Assembly (NCBI GenBank): GCA_963845755.1
Contig: CAWJTV010000023.1
Span: 58,434 to 122,433 of the forward strand
Reading direction: 5' to 3'
From: an uncultured Planctomycetota bacterium
Lineage (GTDB): Bacteria; Planctomycetota; Planctomycetia; Isosphaerales; Isosphaeraceae
Length of the DNA: 64,000 bases
In this document: in pieces, positions 20,993 to 33,458 of the stretch
Layout of the letters: every line of letters starts with the position of its first letter
How positions within the stretch are numbered: the first letter of the stretch is position 1
Translations under genes and position numbers: made by a program
The notes under the pieces: generated by a model
What the model was told of the DNA's origin: nothing
The model's input: the letters and a program-made list of their open reading frames with translations, nothing else
The model's database searches: none

Positions 20993-21877
20993 ATGCCGAT
21001 TCTGCTCGCCCGTTTGATGGTCCTTGCGTTGATCGCGGGTCCCCCGGTGCTGGAACCCCTGGGCCACTTCGACGCCCGTGCGATCCCCGAGGCGTCCGGG
21101 ATCGTCAAGAGCCGACGGTTCCCAGGCATCTTCTGGGTACACAATGACTCAGGGAACCGGCCCGAGCTCTTCGCGGTCAAGAGCGATGGCCGGATCGTCC
21201 GCCGGTTCCCGCTCGCCATCCCCAACCTCGACTGGGAAGACATCGCGATCGATGACCAAGGGCATCTCTATCTCGGCGACATCGGCAACAACACCGGTTT
21301 ACTTCGAGTCCGGACGATTTACCGGCTCGACGAGCCCGACCCGACGCGGCTGGAGGACAAAGAGCGGGACCGTCCGGTGGCCGCCACGCGGACCGTGCAT
21401 TACGTGCTGCCCGAGTCGAACCGGTTCGACGCCGAGAGCCTGGTCTACGATCGTGGGACCGCGATCCTGATCGCCAAATACCTCGACGGACGAGCGGCCG
21501 AACTCTTTGCCGTGGCGATCGATCCGCCGTCGTCACAGTCGCCGAAACGCGCGGAGCCGGTCCGTCTGATCGGCAAGCTGCCAGCCTTCAAAGAACCCGC
21601 CACAGGCGCCGACCTGAGTGAGGATGGCACGCTCTTGGCAGTGTGTTCCTACGCAGTGACGCGCGTCTACCGGCGGAGCGAATCGCCCCGATGGCGGCTA
21701 CTGGCCGAGGTCCGTTACGAGACCGTTCCGATCGAAGGGATCACCTGGGACGGCGGCGACCTGATCCTGGCCGCCGAGGAGAGCAGGGGACTCTCTCGCC
21801 TGACCGAGGCGACCTGGCGCGCCGCCGGTGTTGCGCGTGAGACGCGTCCCGACGATGCAACCCGGAAAGCGCGATGA
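20993..21877 (+). CDS. hypothetical secreted beta-propeller-like protein
   Basis: EASGI..S...WVHNDSG, DWEDIA, YLGDIGNN, FDAESL. Confidence 0.7.
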   Translation: MPILLARLMVLALIAGPPVLEPLGHFDARAIPEASGIVKSRRFPGIFWVHNDSGNRPELFAVKSDGRIVRRFPLAIPNLDWEDIAIDDQGHLYLGDIGNNTGLLRVRTIYRLDEPDPTRLEDKERDRPVAATRTVHYVLPESNRFDAESLVYDRGTAILIAKYLDGRAAELFAVAIDPPSSQSPKRAEPVRLIGKLPAFKEPATGADLSEDGTLLAVCSYAVTRVYRRSESPRWRLLAEVRYETVPIEGITWDGGDLILAAEESRGLSRLTEATWRAAGVARETRPDDATRKAR

Positions 21878-23027
21878 TGGCCCAGAGCAGTGACATCGTG
21901 ATCGTGGGAGGCGGGGTAATCGGCCTATCGATCGCCTACGCCCTTGTGCGCGAGGGGATCCGGCCCACGGTACTGGACCGCCGCGAGCTGGGCCGCGAAG
22001 CCTCCTGGGCCGGCGCCGGGCTGATCCCGCCGATCGGCGAGCGGGCTGGGGCAATTCCGACTCCCGCCGTGGCGCTGCGATCCTGGAGCGCGCGGCTCTA
22101 TCCCGATTGGTCGACCGCGCTACGAGAGCAGACGGGCATCGACACCGGCTATCGACGTTGCGGCGGAGTCGACGTGGCGTGGACCGATCTGGATGACCAG
22201 GCACTGCTCGCCGCGGCGGGCCTTTGGCGTGCCGAGGGGATCGCGTATGAGCGCGCTGGCGCCCGGCGACTATCGACGTGTCGAGCCGGCCCTCAATCCC
22301 GACCTCCGAACCGTCTACTATCTCCCAGACCGGGCTCAGGTGCGCAATCCCTGGTTGCTCCGAGCCTTGATGGACGCCGCTTCCCGGTGGGGGGCCCAGC
22401 TCAAGCCTTGGCACAGCGTCGAGGGGTTTCGAAGTCCACGGCGATCGCGTGGTGACGGTCCGGACCAGCGCAGGAGACATTCCTTGTGGCCGCGTGGTCA
22501 TGGCGGCCGGAGCCTGGTCAGGTCCCTTGCTCGAAGCCCTCAGGGTCCGCGTACCGACCCCACCGCTCAAGGGGCAGATCGTGCTCCTGAAGAGTGATCG
22601 GCCGATGCTCCGTCGCGTCGTCGAGCACGGGAAGCATTACCTGGTCCCCCGCGACGACGGCCGGGTCCTCGTTGGGGCCACCGAAGAAGATGTGGGTTTC
22701 GACACCCGGACGACCCAGGACGCCACGCGCACGCTGCTCGACGAGGCCCTGCGGCTCTGTCCGATCCTGGGCGATGCCGAAGTCGAGGCGACCTGGGCCG
22801 GCCTGCGGCCGGGGAGCGTCGACACCCGGCCCTACATCGGTCGGATCCCGGGTTTCGAGAACCTGATCGTCGCCACCGGTCACAAGCGCGCCGGCTTGCA
22901 GCTCGCGCCGGCAACCGCCGAGCTTGTCGCCGATTTGATCCTCGGCCGGCCTCCTCGCCTGGACCTCGGGCCGTTCCGGCCCGATCGCCAGCCGGAACCA
23001 ATCGGAGACGACGTGTTTCGATCGTGA
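21874..23027 (+). CDS. thiO: glycine oxidase ThiO / FAD-dependent oxidoreductase (frameshifts near 22255 and 22430)
   Basis: IVGGGVIG, ASWAGAG, AAGAWS, LKGQI, YLVPR, WAGLRP, ATGHKRAGLQLAP. Confidence 0.8.
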
Positions 23028-23235
23028 GTCGTACCCAATCCACCGCGTGCCCCGCTCGATCGGTCTGGAGGCGAGGCCGATCCCGAGCCTCCCGATCCGT
23101 CGGACCGTGCAAAGGTTGTGCGTGCGGCGAACCAACGCTCGCGACCGACCTCGATCGCCCCGCCTGTCCCGCCCGCGGATTGGCAGCCGACCCACGCCGA
23201 GTTCAATACGCCCGACCGATGGTTTCGAAGTTCGA

Positions 23236-23917
23236 TCATCGCGATGTGCCAGCCGGATCGCCGGTGATGACCAGCACCTTCCCGGCGGCGGCGATTCCCA
23301 GCGCGACGGTCCGTTCGCCCAACCGGCAGACGAGGGCGCCGGACTCGGGGCGGTTCTCAAGAAGGGTGCCCTTGGCGTGGAGCTCCAATCCGCATTCGCT
23401 CAGATAGCGCAGAAAGGCCGGGTCCTGGTCCATGACCCGAGCGACGCGGAACGGCTGGCCTGGTTGACAACGGGCCAGGGGGGTTCCCTCGGTCTCGGCC
23501 AGCGACCCATCTGCGCGGGATCGGGTCGCCGTGTGGGTCCACCGCCGGATGGCCGAGGTAGTCGTCGATCCGGTCGATCAGCCGCTCGGAGACGGCGTGC
23601 TCCATGTGCTCGGCTTCCTCGTGGACCTCGTCCCAGGACATCTGGAGCGTCTTGGCCAGGAACAGCTCCAGCAGGCGGTGCCGGCGGATGATCTTCAGCG
23701 CCAGCCGCTGGCCAGCGTCGGTCAGGCGCGCCCCTTCATACGGCGTATACGTGGCCAGGCTCGCCTCGGAGAGGGTCTTGAGCATGCCGGTGACCGTCCC
23801 CGGCGAGACGTTCAGCGCCTGCGCCAGTTCGCCGGTGCTCACGGCGCTGCCGGGGGCACTCCGCGCGGCGATCAGTGCGATCGTCTTGATGTAATTCTCG
23901 ACGGTCAGACTGGGCAC
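23236..23917 (-). CDS. DtxR/MntR-family metal-dependent regulator with FeoA domain (frameshift near 23515)
   Basis: VENYIK, RRHRLLELFL, VHEEAEHMEH, DPHGDPIP; the tail continues DQDPAFLRYLSECGL. Confidence 0.9.
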
Positions 23918-24101
23918 GGTTGAATCCAGGCTTTTAACGCGGCTCGCTGGTCGCACGGAAACGGTCCGAGATGGCCCGACCCACAGCCCCGTATGGGCTC
24001 TCATCCTACGCCAGTTGCCTTCCTCCGGCCAAGGGGAGTCGTTACCGGGCCCCGACCCGCCCCGTGGCCGGCGTGTGGCACGCCCTGCGGCCCTGGGGTC
24101 T

Positions 24102-24960
24102 TCAATCTTCCTCGTCGGCCCCGCGGAGGTCGACCTCGGCCAGCCCCATTTGCTTGGCGACCGCGCTCAACTGGTCGCGAATCTCGAACATGCCGGCGGG
24201 CCGACGCCGCCGGGTCGAGGCTCAGGCTGACGATGATCAGCTCGTTGAGCGTCCCGGCGATCCGGGGGTTGATCTTCAACGGCGGGACCAGCTTCCGGTC
24301 CTCGCCCGGCTTCAGGATGCCCTGCTGGGGAAACCGTCCGGTGAACATGCGATACATCGTGGCGCCGAGGTTATAGATATCGGTCTTCTCATTGACCGTC
24401 TTCTCCGAAGCCTGCTCCGGCGCGATGTACTGCGGGGTCCCCTGGACACGGTTTTTCTCCTGTCCGCGGACCCAGGCGGTGCCGAAATCGATGAGCTTCA
24501 CCTGACCGTTCTTCGTCAGCATGATGTTGGCCGGCTTCAGGTCGCCGTGATAGACGCCGCGTCGGTGCATGTGCGTCAACGCACTGGCAACCTGGCAGAA
24601 GACCAGCACGAGCTGACCCAGTTCGGGCGCCTCGATCTCGTCGAGCGTCTTCCCTTCCACGTACTCCATCAGCAGCTCGGCACCCTGGACCTTGAACCAT
24701 TTGCGCTTCAGCCGGCAATCGAAGATCTTGGCGATCGCCGGATGGTTCAGTTTCTTGGACGCCTCGAATTCGGTCAGGGCCTGCTGGATATAAACCTCAT
24801 CTTCCGGCTCCTGCTTGCGGACCACCTTCAGGGCATAACGCTTGCCGCCGGCCGTCTTGTCGCTGATCAGCAAGATCGTGCTGCCGGCGCCGGTGCCGAG
24901 CGTGTTGACCACGCGATACTTCATGCTGGAAAACTTGGGTGTACTCGCCGCGTTCGTCAT
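24102..24960 (-). CDS. Ser/Thr protein kinase (frameshift near 24210)
   Basis: YALK, HGDLKPAN, DFG, GTPQYIAPEQ; the corrected end reads DLRGADEED*. Confidence 0.88.
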
Positions 24961-24963
24961 GCC

Positions 24964-25068
24964 GTTCCTCGGTTCGGTGTTCCGTATTCGTATTCCGTTT
25001 TCCGTAAAGACCCCGATGAAACGTATTCACTGAAGACCGAATACGGGAGCGGAGCGACGGTGGAACGG
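24964..25068. repeat. degenerate heptamer tandem repeats in two opposite-polarity arms
   Basis: (A/G)TTCCGT-type units followed by ACCGAAT/ACGGGAG-type units. Confidence 0.5.
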
Positions 25069-25278
25069 GCCGTCGGACGCGCCGGATCCCTTGGGTAGTC
25101 GGGGGCATAGGTTCTTCGACCCGACGAGGTTATCTCAAGAGAGGGGGACCGGGCAATCCCCTACGCCGGTGGAGCCAGCGGTCTCGGGGATCGTTGATCC
25201 CGCCGAACTCCCTCGCGGGAATGGCCGCTCGGTGCCCGGACCATGGATGTCCGCGAAATCGTCTGAAAACGGTATCGC

Positions 25279-25872
25279 CTATTGCCCCTTGATTTGCACG
25301 AGTTCGACCTCGAAGATCAGGGTAGCATCGGGCGGGATCTTGTCGCCGGATCCCTTCGCCCCGTAGCCCAAGACGGGCGGGATGATCAACTTACGCGTTT
25401 CGCCCACTTTCATACCTGGCAACCCCTCTTGCCAACCCTGGATCAAGCCAGCCAGGGGACGTTCCATAGGCGTACCGCTCTGGCGGTTGCTATCGAACAC
25501 CGTGCCGTTTTCCAACTTGCCCACGTAGAAGAACGCGCCGGTCTGATCCAGCTTCAGTTCGGGCCCGGTACCCTCCTTCAGGGTCTCATACTTCACGCCG
25601 CGTTTGGTCGTCTTGATCTCCCCCTTGGCGGTAGGCGGCGCCGGGGTGTAATCCTGGGTCTTGACGGTCGAAGAATCCAGCGCGATCGCCGCGGGCATTT
25701 CTCCCTTGGCCGCGGCCGGCTCTTCATCGGGGGACGCTATGGGCAGCGGCGCGCCCGGCGGTGCGGTCGGGACGATGTCCGGCGCGTCGCACGCGACGAC
25801 GACCAGCCCCATGACGCCCATCAGGACCCCACCGATCCATTTTCCGACGATTGTCCCGTACCGCACCCTCAT
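25279..25872 (-). CDS. FKBP-type peptidyl-prolyl isomerase (lipoprotein-like)
   Basis: YVGKLENGTVFDS, LIQGWQEGL, GYG, IPPDATLIFEVEL; VVAC lipobox. Confidence 0.92.
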   Translation of the reverse strand: MRVRYGTIVGKWIGGVLMGVMGLVVVACDAPDIVPTAPPGAPLPIASPDEEPAAAKGEMPAAIALDSSTVKTQDYTPAPPTAKGEIKTTKRGVKYETLKEGTGPELKLDQTGAFFYVGKLENGTVFDSNRQSGTPMERPLAGLIQGWQEGLPGMKVGETRKLIIPPVLGYGAKGSGDKIPPDATLIFEVELVQIKGQ

Positions 25873-26019
25873 GGAATTCTCTCCCTGTGCATGATCGGCG
25901 CGACGACTCGGTGATGAATGATGACTTCGAGCGGAGGAACTCAGCGGCCGTCCTCCGGAACACGGCAATCCGGACCTGGTAGGGCCGCGCCAACCCACAC
26001 CCGACCCGGGTTTTCTCAA

Positions 26020-26405
26020 TTATCGCATGCTCAACCGGGGATCGGCCAGACCCTTGGGGCAGTAGATGACGCGAATGCTCAGCGCCTTCAGGCCGTTCAG
26101 GCGAGAGAGGTACGTGACCCCGGTGTCGCTTTACTTGCCAGGGCCGATGTAGAGCTACTCGAAGCCGGTAAGCCGCCCGAGGTTCGCCAGGCCGGCATTG
26201 TCCAGAGACGACCCGGAAATCGTCAGCGACCGCAGCTTTCCCATCCCGGCGAGGTGCACCAAGCCCGATCCGGTGATGCTCGAGCCCGAAAGGGTCATCT
26301 CCTCGAGGCCGGTCAGCCCGGCGATGTGGGCGAGCGTCGCGTCGGTCAACTCGGGTACCCATAGGAACTGGAGACTCTTGAGGCTGGTCAGGTTGGCGAG
26401 GTGAC
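26020..26405 (-). pseudogene. leucine-rich repeat gene fragment
   Basis: LANLTSLKSL...LTDATLAHIAGLTGLEEMTLSGSSITGSGLVHL repeats; no credible N-terminus; frameshifted. Confidence 0.6.
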
Positions 26406-26556
26406 GCACCCGGTTCGCGGCCTGCGGTTGACGCAATCGACTGGCCTGATGCGGTATAATGTGAGACCCTCCAGTAAGGGGCGTGAGTGGCAATGGAACG
26501 TGGTTCGGCATCATTCTGGGCTGATCGGAGTGCAATCTCGAGGGAGTCGATGAATC

Positions 26557-27441
26557 ATGACCAGTCGATCCGCGAAGCATGCGCTGATGGTCCTCGCGCC
26601 CCTGCTGGGCTCAGCCGGCTTCGCGCAGCCCGATCCGTCGAAGGAGGAGAAGGCCCTCGTCGAGTCTTTTCGCAAGTTCGCGAAGCAGGAGGCCGCGGGC
26701 TACACCATCCGTCTCGAAGGCAGCGACCGACCGCTGACGTTTCGGCCCGAGCCGGTCCTGAGTTACTCGAACCCCGTGATGGGGCGGGTCTACGGCGAAG
26801 TGTTCATCTGGACGGCCGAGGGGAGGCCGGAGGTGGTGGCTGCGTTCTACAGGTTCTACACGAGTGACCCCCACCGGGGCGACGAGTTCCACTCGCTGTC
26901 ATTGGGCAAGCTCACCGCCGAACGAGAGGGGGCCGTCGTATGGACTCCCGCGAGGCCAGGGGTGAACTTCAAGCCGATCCCCGGCGCCCCCGCCCCGCTC
27001 GCCTCGGCCGCCGGACGGCTCCGCCAAATGCGTGCCCTGGCGCAGGAGTTCACCAGCCGCCAGACTAATCGCGCGGGGGTGGACAGCGACATGCGCCTAC
27101 TATCCCAACCGCTCTATCGCTACGAGAACACCAAGGGCGACCTGATCGATGGTGGCCTGTTCGTCTTCGTGCAGGGCACCGACCCCGAAATCTTCCTGTT
27201 GATCGAAGCCAGGAGGTCGGCGAGGGGCGCGTCCGAGTGGCGTTTCGGCGCAAGCCGGATGCACGGCATCAATCTGCGGCTGTATCACCGTGGAAACACA
27301 ATCTGGAACGCCCCCGAGATCCCCTGGCGCAAATCATTGACCACCGGGAACCCTATACGGGCTTCCGTTTCGAGATGCCGGGTCGGCCGTGATGCGCAAC
27401 AGGTTGCGTACCTGGCGTCATCAGCACGCTCCCAACGATAG
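26557..27441 (+). CDS. hypothetical secreted protein
   Basis: Signal peptide and long ORF with GGGAG RBS; 3' end possibly frameshifted. Confidence 0.7.
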   Translation: MTSRSAKHALMVLAPLLGSAGFAQPDPSKEEKALVESFRKFAKQEAAGYTIRLEGSDRPLTFRPEPVLSYSNPVMGRVYGEVFIWTAEGRPEVVAAFYRFYTSDPHRGDEFHSLSLGKLTAEREGAVVWTPARPGVNFKPIPGAPAPLASAAGRLRQMRALAQEFTSRQTNRAGVDSDMRLLSQPLYRYENTKGDLIDGGLFVFVQGTDPEIFLLIEARRSARGASEWRFGASRMHGINLRLYHRGNTIWNAPEIPWRKSLTTGNPIRASVSRCRVGRDAQQVAYLASSARSQR

Positions 27442-27948
27442 ATACGGACTCGCGTTGCAATCTCTGGCTTCTCGAGGCCTCCCTCCGAGCCCGGAGCGAG
27501 AAACCAACTACGCCCCTGTTTCCCCCGTCCCTGTTTCCCCGTCCCGCGCCTAACCGGTACGATTGCAGCGTTTCACGATCGCCGTCCCGCCGAGGGGGGC
27601 GCGGGGGTTCGCCGTCCTCTTGACCGCAGGGTTGGGGTGGTCCGAGGGCGCCTGAAGTATCTCCGTCCTCGGGAGGAACGGACAGCCAGACATTTATAAA
27701 TAATTTCAAAATATCCACAACCTCTTGATTATAGGGGCCGATCCTGATAAGATCATCGTGAGGAGGTTAACGCCATGAACGTTCAACATAGGGATGAGCG
27801 GCGAATCGGGATCGGATGGAGGACATCGGGCGTGGAAATCAGCCGGCGGCGCGACAGGGTCGATAACGGTGTTCGACCCCAGCGAGGCGGTCTCCGGCAT
27901 GCCGTCCGAGACTACATCAAAGGTACGCTCATTTGAGCTGGGAGGATT

Positions 27949-28386
27949 GTGATGTTCGTGCGCGATGTACTCAAGGCGAAGGGGCGACGGGTGATTTCCA
28001 TCGGCCCCGAAGCGTCGGTCAAGCAGGCGCTGGCCCGCTTCGTCGAATATAACATCGGCTCGCTACCCATCGTCGAGGCGTCAGGGCAGGTGATCGGGAT
28101 CTTCTCCGAACGCGACGTGCTATTCGGCGACTATCGCGACGCCGAACGATTTCATCACCGGCTGCTCAGGGAGGTCATGACCCCCGATCCCATCATCTGT
28201 AACCCGATGGATACCTTGGCTGTAGCCATGGGCAAGATGGCCCGTCACCACGTCGGCCAACTGCCGGTGGTCGACGGCGGAGAATTGGTGGGATTGGTTT
28301 CCATCGGTGACCTCGTCAAGACGCTATACGAGCAAGTGGAGGCCGAGAACCGGCACTTGATGAACTATCTCCACGGGCGATCCTGA
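27949..28386 (+). CDS. CBS-domain protein
   Basis: IGSLPIV, GIFSERD, LPVVD..LVGLVSIGDLVK. Confidence 0.9.
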   Translation: MMFVRDVLKAKGRRVISIGPEASVKQALARFVEYNIGSLPIVEASGQVIGIFSERDVLFGDYRDAERFHHRLLREVMTPDPIICNPMDTLAVAMGKMARHHVGQLPVVDGGELVGLVSIGDLVKTLYEQVEAENRHLMNYLHGRS

Positions 28387-28387
28387 A

Positions 28388-29161
28388 GTGCGCCTCGGGT
28401 CGTCCAACTCGACTTGGTACGATGCCATGCCGCGCGGAAGTCGGGCCGCCGGTCGGCGAGCCAGCACGTGGCCGGGGGCGGGGGAGCCGATGCCCCTACT
28501 GAGGCGGCGGAGGGGGTGGGCGATCTGGCAACATCAGGTGGGACGAATCGACTTCGACGAGCCGCTCTTGCAGCTCTGGCGGCAGGGATGGCGATTCCTG
28601 GAATACGCCGCGGTCGTCGGCGCCCGAGAAGGTGGTTGCTGGGCGGTCATCGGATTTCACGGCGGGACCCGGGTCCGGTGCGATCGCGCCGGACGAAGAG
28701 AGGCGTGGGCCGAGGCCGTGCGACTCGCCCTCGCAGTCGCTGTCGATCGACGTCCGCGGATCCGCGTGGCCCCCAACGTGAATGCTTCAGTGATGGCTGG
28801 ATTCGATATTCCTCACAGGACCGCAAGGGAGATGAACATGAGTGCCCGTGAAGAGTCCGAGGCCGAGCGACAGGAAACACTGCGGACGTACGAGGACCAC
28901 AAGCGCCGGTTCATCGCCTCCGGCGGAGACGGCCGGCGGTTCGACGGCCTGCACCTGACGGCGGCGGCGGTGCGCCAGGCAGAACGGAAACTCGACGATC
29001 TGGGGCGGGAACGGGGGGTAGTCGAGCGGCCCGCCACCGAACACGAGGTACGCCAGAAGCTGGGCGACCTGGCGCACGAGGCGCTCGTGGCCCGCTCGGC
29101 GGGTCAGTTGCGCGAGTTCCGCAGGGGGCTGTGGCCGTACGGACCACCTATGGACATCTGA
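28388..29161 (+). CDS. hypothetical protein(s), probably two small ORFs (starts near 28490 and 28838)
   Basis: RBS-like GGGGGAG and AGGGAG before internal ATGs. Confidence 0.35.
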   Translation: MRLGSSNSTWYDAMPRGSRAAGRRASTWPGAGEPMPLLRRRRGWAIWQHQVGRIDFDEPLLQLWRQGWRFLEYAAVVGAREGGCWAVIGFHGGTRVRCDRAGRREAWAEAVRLALAVAVDRRPRIRVAPNVNASVMAGFDIPHRTAREMNMSAREESEAERQETLRTYEDHKRRFIASGGDGRRFDGLHLTAAAVRQAERKLDDLGRERGVVERPATEHEVRQKLGDLAHEALVARSAGQLREFRRGLWPYGPPMDI

Positions 29162-29604
29162 TCCCATCGAGGACCACGGAGTCCCTGACCAACCCGACGT
29201 CGGCGGATGTGATGACGACACGCGCGCACCTGCTCCGCCATCAGCTCCGCGCTGGAGGCCAGCGTACTCTTCCAGGAAGCCGACTGCGACACCGTGGCGG
29301 TCGTCGACGGCGGCCGGCCGATCGGTATCCTGACCGACCGCGACATGGGCTTGGCCGCGGCCAACAACCCGGACCTGTGTAACCGGCCGGGGCCGAATTC
29401 ATGAGCAAGGAGGTCATCTCGGTCGCGCCTGACGCTTCCCGCGAGGAGATCGAGGCATGCTTCAATCAGCATGGCGTCCATCGCCTCCTGCTGGTCGATG
29501 CCGGCGGCCAGCTCCAGGGCATCGTGGCCTGGTCCGACCTCGCCCCGCACGTGTCCGAGGCGAGCGTCGGCCGCCTGGTGGGTGAGGTGGACGAACGGCG
29601 TTGA
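29150..29604 (+). CDS. CBS-domain protein (frameshifted)
   Basis: ADVMT, VVDGGRPIGILTDRD, HRLLLVD..LQGIVAWSDL. Confidence 0.75.
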
Positions 29605-29727
29605 GTGCGGGCGACGATGCCGGGAGGCCCACTGGAGGTCGCCGCCGACTCCGACCGCCGACACATGAACCGTGCGGTGCTCGGGTCATGTCCGGGCGTT
29701 TAGGGCTCATCCGGGCGATAGATCACC

Positions 29728-32700
29728 TCACCTCATCTCACCTCCAGCCGGCGATCGACCCGTGTCAGGAAGGATGCAAACCCTCGGGTCCCCCGCGCCC
29801 ACCGGCGTCGGGTGAAGCGGGCCGAAGCTCCCCACGATCCCGGGCTCTCCATCGCGTTCCCTCAAGCCTTCGAGCAACACCGCGCCACTCGCACCGAGGG
29901 ATTCGAGCAGTTCGAGCGCCGCCTCGCGGACCCTCAGAGCCGGGTCTTCCAGGGCCTCTCTCAGGACGATACCCGCGTTGGTGTTGCTCAATTCCGCGGC
30001 GAGGAGGGAGCCCGCGGCGATCAGTGCGCATGCGCGAGTTCGGGTCCGCGACCAGGCGCCGCATCACATCGAGGACCGCGCCGACGGGGACCAATCGGAG
30101 TGCCATCGCGGCGTTCATTCGCAGACCGTCGTTGGCATCGGCCGTACACTCGATGAGCAGGGGGATGGCTGTGGCCGGAATGGCGTCGAGACGGGCCAGG
30201 GCGTGCGCGCAGTTCGCCCGGACCTGAACCTCCGGGTCACCCAGGGCCTCGATGAGGGCGGGGATGGCTTGTTCCGAGATGGCCGTCGCGTTCATCCAAC
30301 CTGCAGACGCCACCATGCGAACGTCGCCGCAGACATCCTTGAGGCCGGCGGCAAACGCCTCCGCCGTTTCGGGCGGTTGGATCTTGGCAATCGATCGCAT
30401 GGCCTGCTCGCGAACGCTCACGGCGCCGTTTTGTACGGCATGGAGCAAGGGTCTTCCCGCGGCCACCGCCGCGGCACCGAGCTTGCCCAGTGCCATCGCG
30501 GCGGAGACCTGGACCCATTCGCTGTCATCCTCGATCAAGCGCCGGCACAAGCCGTCGATCACCGCCGGTGTGGCGCCGGCCAGGTTGGGCAGCACCTTGG
30601 TCACTTCGACCTTCACCTGGTTATTGGCGTCGTCGAGCAGGATCATCAAGGCGCCGAGGGTTGCTTCGCTCGGCTCGCTTGATTGGCCCAGGAACGCGAC
30701 GGCAGCAGCCCGAACCAAGGGATCGGGGTCTTGCAACCACGCCAGGACCACGAGTGCTGAGGCCGAGGTCGAGCCGCCGATGGCTCCCAGGGCGCGAATG
30801 GCCTGGCTGCGGACCCCTCCGTCCTCGTCTCGAGCCGCCGTTTCGAGCGCCGGCCGCGCGCCGGCCGCGGTTTCCCCCATCTTGCCCAGCGCCTCGGCGG
30901 CGGTGCGCCGGACCTCGGGGCTGATGTGCTTCAGGGAGCGCACGAGCGAGGGGATCGCTCCGTCGGCCGACACCCCCATTTGGCCCAGGGCTTCCGCCGC
31001 CAGGGCGCAGACGCCGTTGTCGGGATCCCGCAGCGCTCGCATCAGGCCGGGAACGGCGGCCTCCGCTGCGGATTCGCCGATCCGCCCCAGCGCCTCCACC
31101 ACCTTGGCCCGTACCCGGTCATTGCCGTCGGCCATCGCCCCTACCAGCGCCGGGGCGGCCTCTGAGCGCCGCGGCGCCGATCGTGCCGAGGGCCTGGGCT
31201 GTATAGGCGCGCACGATGTTGTCGGGACTTACCAGGCCTTCCACCAGGGCGTCGGTTGCGACCTGGTTCAACGGCCCGATCTGAGCGATGGCTTCGGCCG
31301 CCGCCCTGCGCACCGACTCCTGCCTATCCTGCAAGAGCGGCACCAGCGCCGGAACCGCCGGGGCCGCCGCCTTCCTCAACGCCCCCAGGGCCAGCGCCGC
31401 CGACTCCTTGACCGGAGCACTGTCGTCCATCAGGAGGTCGACCAGAGCGGCCACCGTCGCCTCCACGGCCCCTCCGACCTGGCCGAGGGCCTGGGCGGCC
31501 TGGCAGCGAACCGTTTCGTCGGGTTCCTTCAACATCCCGATCAATCCCGGGGCCAGGGCTGAGGCGGGCGACCCGATCCGGCCGAGCGCCCGGGCCGCCT
31601 GGGTCCGCACCGCGGCCGAATCGTCGGCCAGAGCGGATTCCAGCGTCGTCACGGCCAGATCAACGGGGTTGCGGGGTGGTATCAATGCGCCGTGCTTCCT
31701 CCATCCGGAGAACCACGCGACCGCCCGCACCCTCCCGCTTCGGCCTCGGCCGGGACCACGACGGGTGCGAGCGGATCCCGGCCCGGGACTCCCGAGGAGC
31801 CCCAGCGATTCGACCACGCTTTGCCGCACGACCTCGCTGGGATCGCCGACGAGCACCGCCAGCAAGGGGATCGCCTCCAGGGCCCGGAGGTGGCCGAGCG
31901 CGGCGGCGACAATCGCCCGCACGTGCTCGTGCGGGTCGTGAAGATGCCGGACCAGGGCGGGGATGATCGCGGGGCCAATTCGCTCCAGGATTAACGGAAG
32001 TTGGTCCCGTTGTTCCTTGGTCAGCGAGGGGACCAGGCGCAACGACCCCAGTAACGGGCTGATCGCCAGGGTGCCGTAGACAGGAAGTGCATTTCGAGCG
32101 CGCTCGTGGATTGGCTCGTGGGGGCTCCAGAAATCGCGGATGGTCTCCGCCAGCAGTTTCCCTGGCGCAGTGAGGCGAAGACTTGATGGAGCAACACCAG
32201 CGTGAAGAATCCCTTGAACGCAGCCAGGAGAGTGGAGGCCGGCCATGCGGCCTGACGAACAAATGCGGCTCCCAAAATATGATGCGACTTGAACAGATCC
32301 AGCACGTCCATGATGCCCAGGATCTTCGTGATTGCATACGCCAGAAAATCGACGTAGATGGGCTCCCTTCGCTCGTCCGCGACTTGGTACCAGTCGCGGC
32401 CGATGGTCTCATACAGGCCCTGGTTGAGCAGGGCGAACCCACCGATCGTGCCGACCGTGGCGGATATCAACAAAGGGATGTGGACCCGCTTACCGTATCG
32501 CTCCAGGTTCATCGCCAGTACCTGGCCCTTCAGCGGGTTATGGATCGCCTTGTGGCCCCGTTCCACCTCGTTCCGCTCCAGGTCGATGAACATGTACGCC
32601 AGGCAGGCGATCATCCCCATGAACAGCGGGGCCAGACCAAAGAGGACCCTCAAACCCGGCCGCGGTCCACCCGCCATCGCACCCATGAGGAGGAAGCCGA

Positions 32701-32932
32701 ATACGATCGCCAGGAATAGCGGCCACGACGCCCACGAGAGCAGACGCTCCCAGAGAAGGAAACCTTTGCGAATGCACCATCCCACCACCTGGCCGAAGAC
32801 CCTCAATACCCAGCCGATCAGCCCAATCTGGTAGAGGATGCCGCCGGAGAGGATGATCCCACCCAGCACAGCCAGCAGCAGATAGGATGTATCCACACGT
32901 TCCAGCCTGGCGAACCAGGAGGAGGCATCCAT
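29728..32932 (-). CDS. large HEAT-repeat protein with N-terminal multi-TM domain (several frameshifts)
   Basis: ORFs 32021-33028 (TM), 31119-32246, 29765-31135 and 29728-29991 join into one gene with many LxDxxxxVRxxAAxALG repeats. Confidence 0.8.
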
Positions 32933-33096
32933 GAATATCGCCTTTATCCACTCATGGCGTTCCGAATTCCCGACCACCGTCCCGCGGGACTTGACGTCTT
33001 CCGGCGTCGGTTGTGCCAACTTACTCAAGAAGCTCTGCCAAAAACCTCCGAAGAACCCTTGAAAACAGGCCGGAATGGAGGTCTTGGCAGAGGCTC

Positions 33097-33420
33097 TCAG
33101 TGTGCTGAAGCCGGTCCGCCCGGTGCCTGGAGGGGAACGGAGTTGCGTTCGCCTCCCGCGTTCGACTCATGCGTGAGTCCGGTCGCTTGCGGTTCAATGC
33201 CGTGGGCGTACCGTGACCTGGTGGAACGAACCGCGGCGAGGGTGAGTACCGTCCAACCACTCAGCATCCCGAGGACGTAGACCGCAACGGTCACGATGGC
33301 GACCGGTTGCGAGAGGTTCCAGGTCAAGAAATTGACGGTGATCACATTCCGGTTCTGAACGGCGAAGATGCCGATCGTAACCAGGAAAGCCAGGAAGATG
33401 ACAGCCTGAATGAATCGCAT
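33097..33420 (-). CDS. LapA/DUF1049-like small membrane protein
   Basis: IFAVQN..VITVNFLTW...YVLGML; 3' end may be frameshifted. Confidence 0.7.
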   Translation of the reverse strand: MRFIQAVIFLAFLVTIGIFAVQNRNVITVNFLTWNLSQPVAIVTVAVYVLGMLSGWTVLTLAAVRSTRSRYAHGIEPQATGLTHESNAGGERNSVPLQAPGGPASAH

Positions 33421-33458
33421 GGCAGAATCCTCGTAAGAAGGCCAATCTCACGTTCTCG

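Noticed and set aside
27513..27545. CCCTGTTTCCCC(C)GT tandem duplicate near the island edge as an att site
   Set aside because: No partner copy, tRNA or integrase found in the window.
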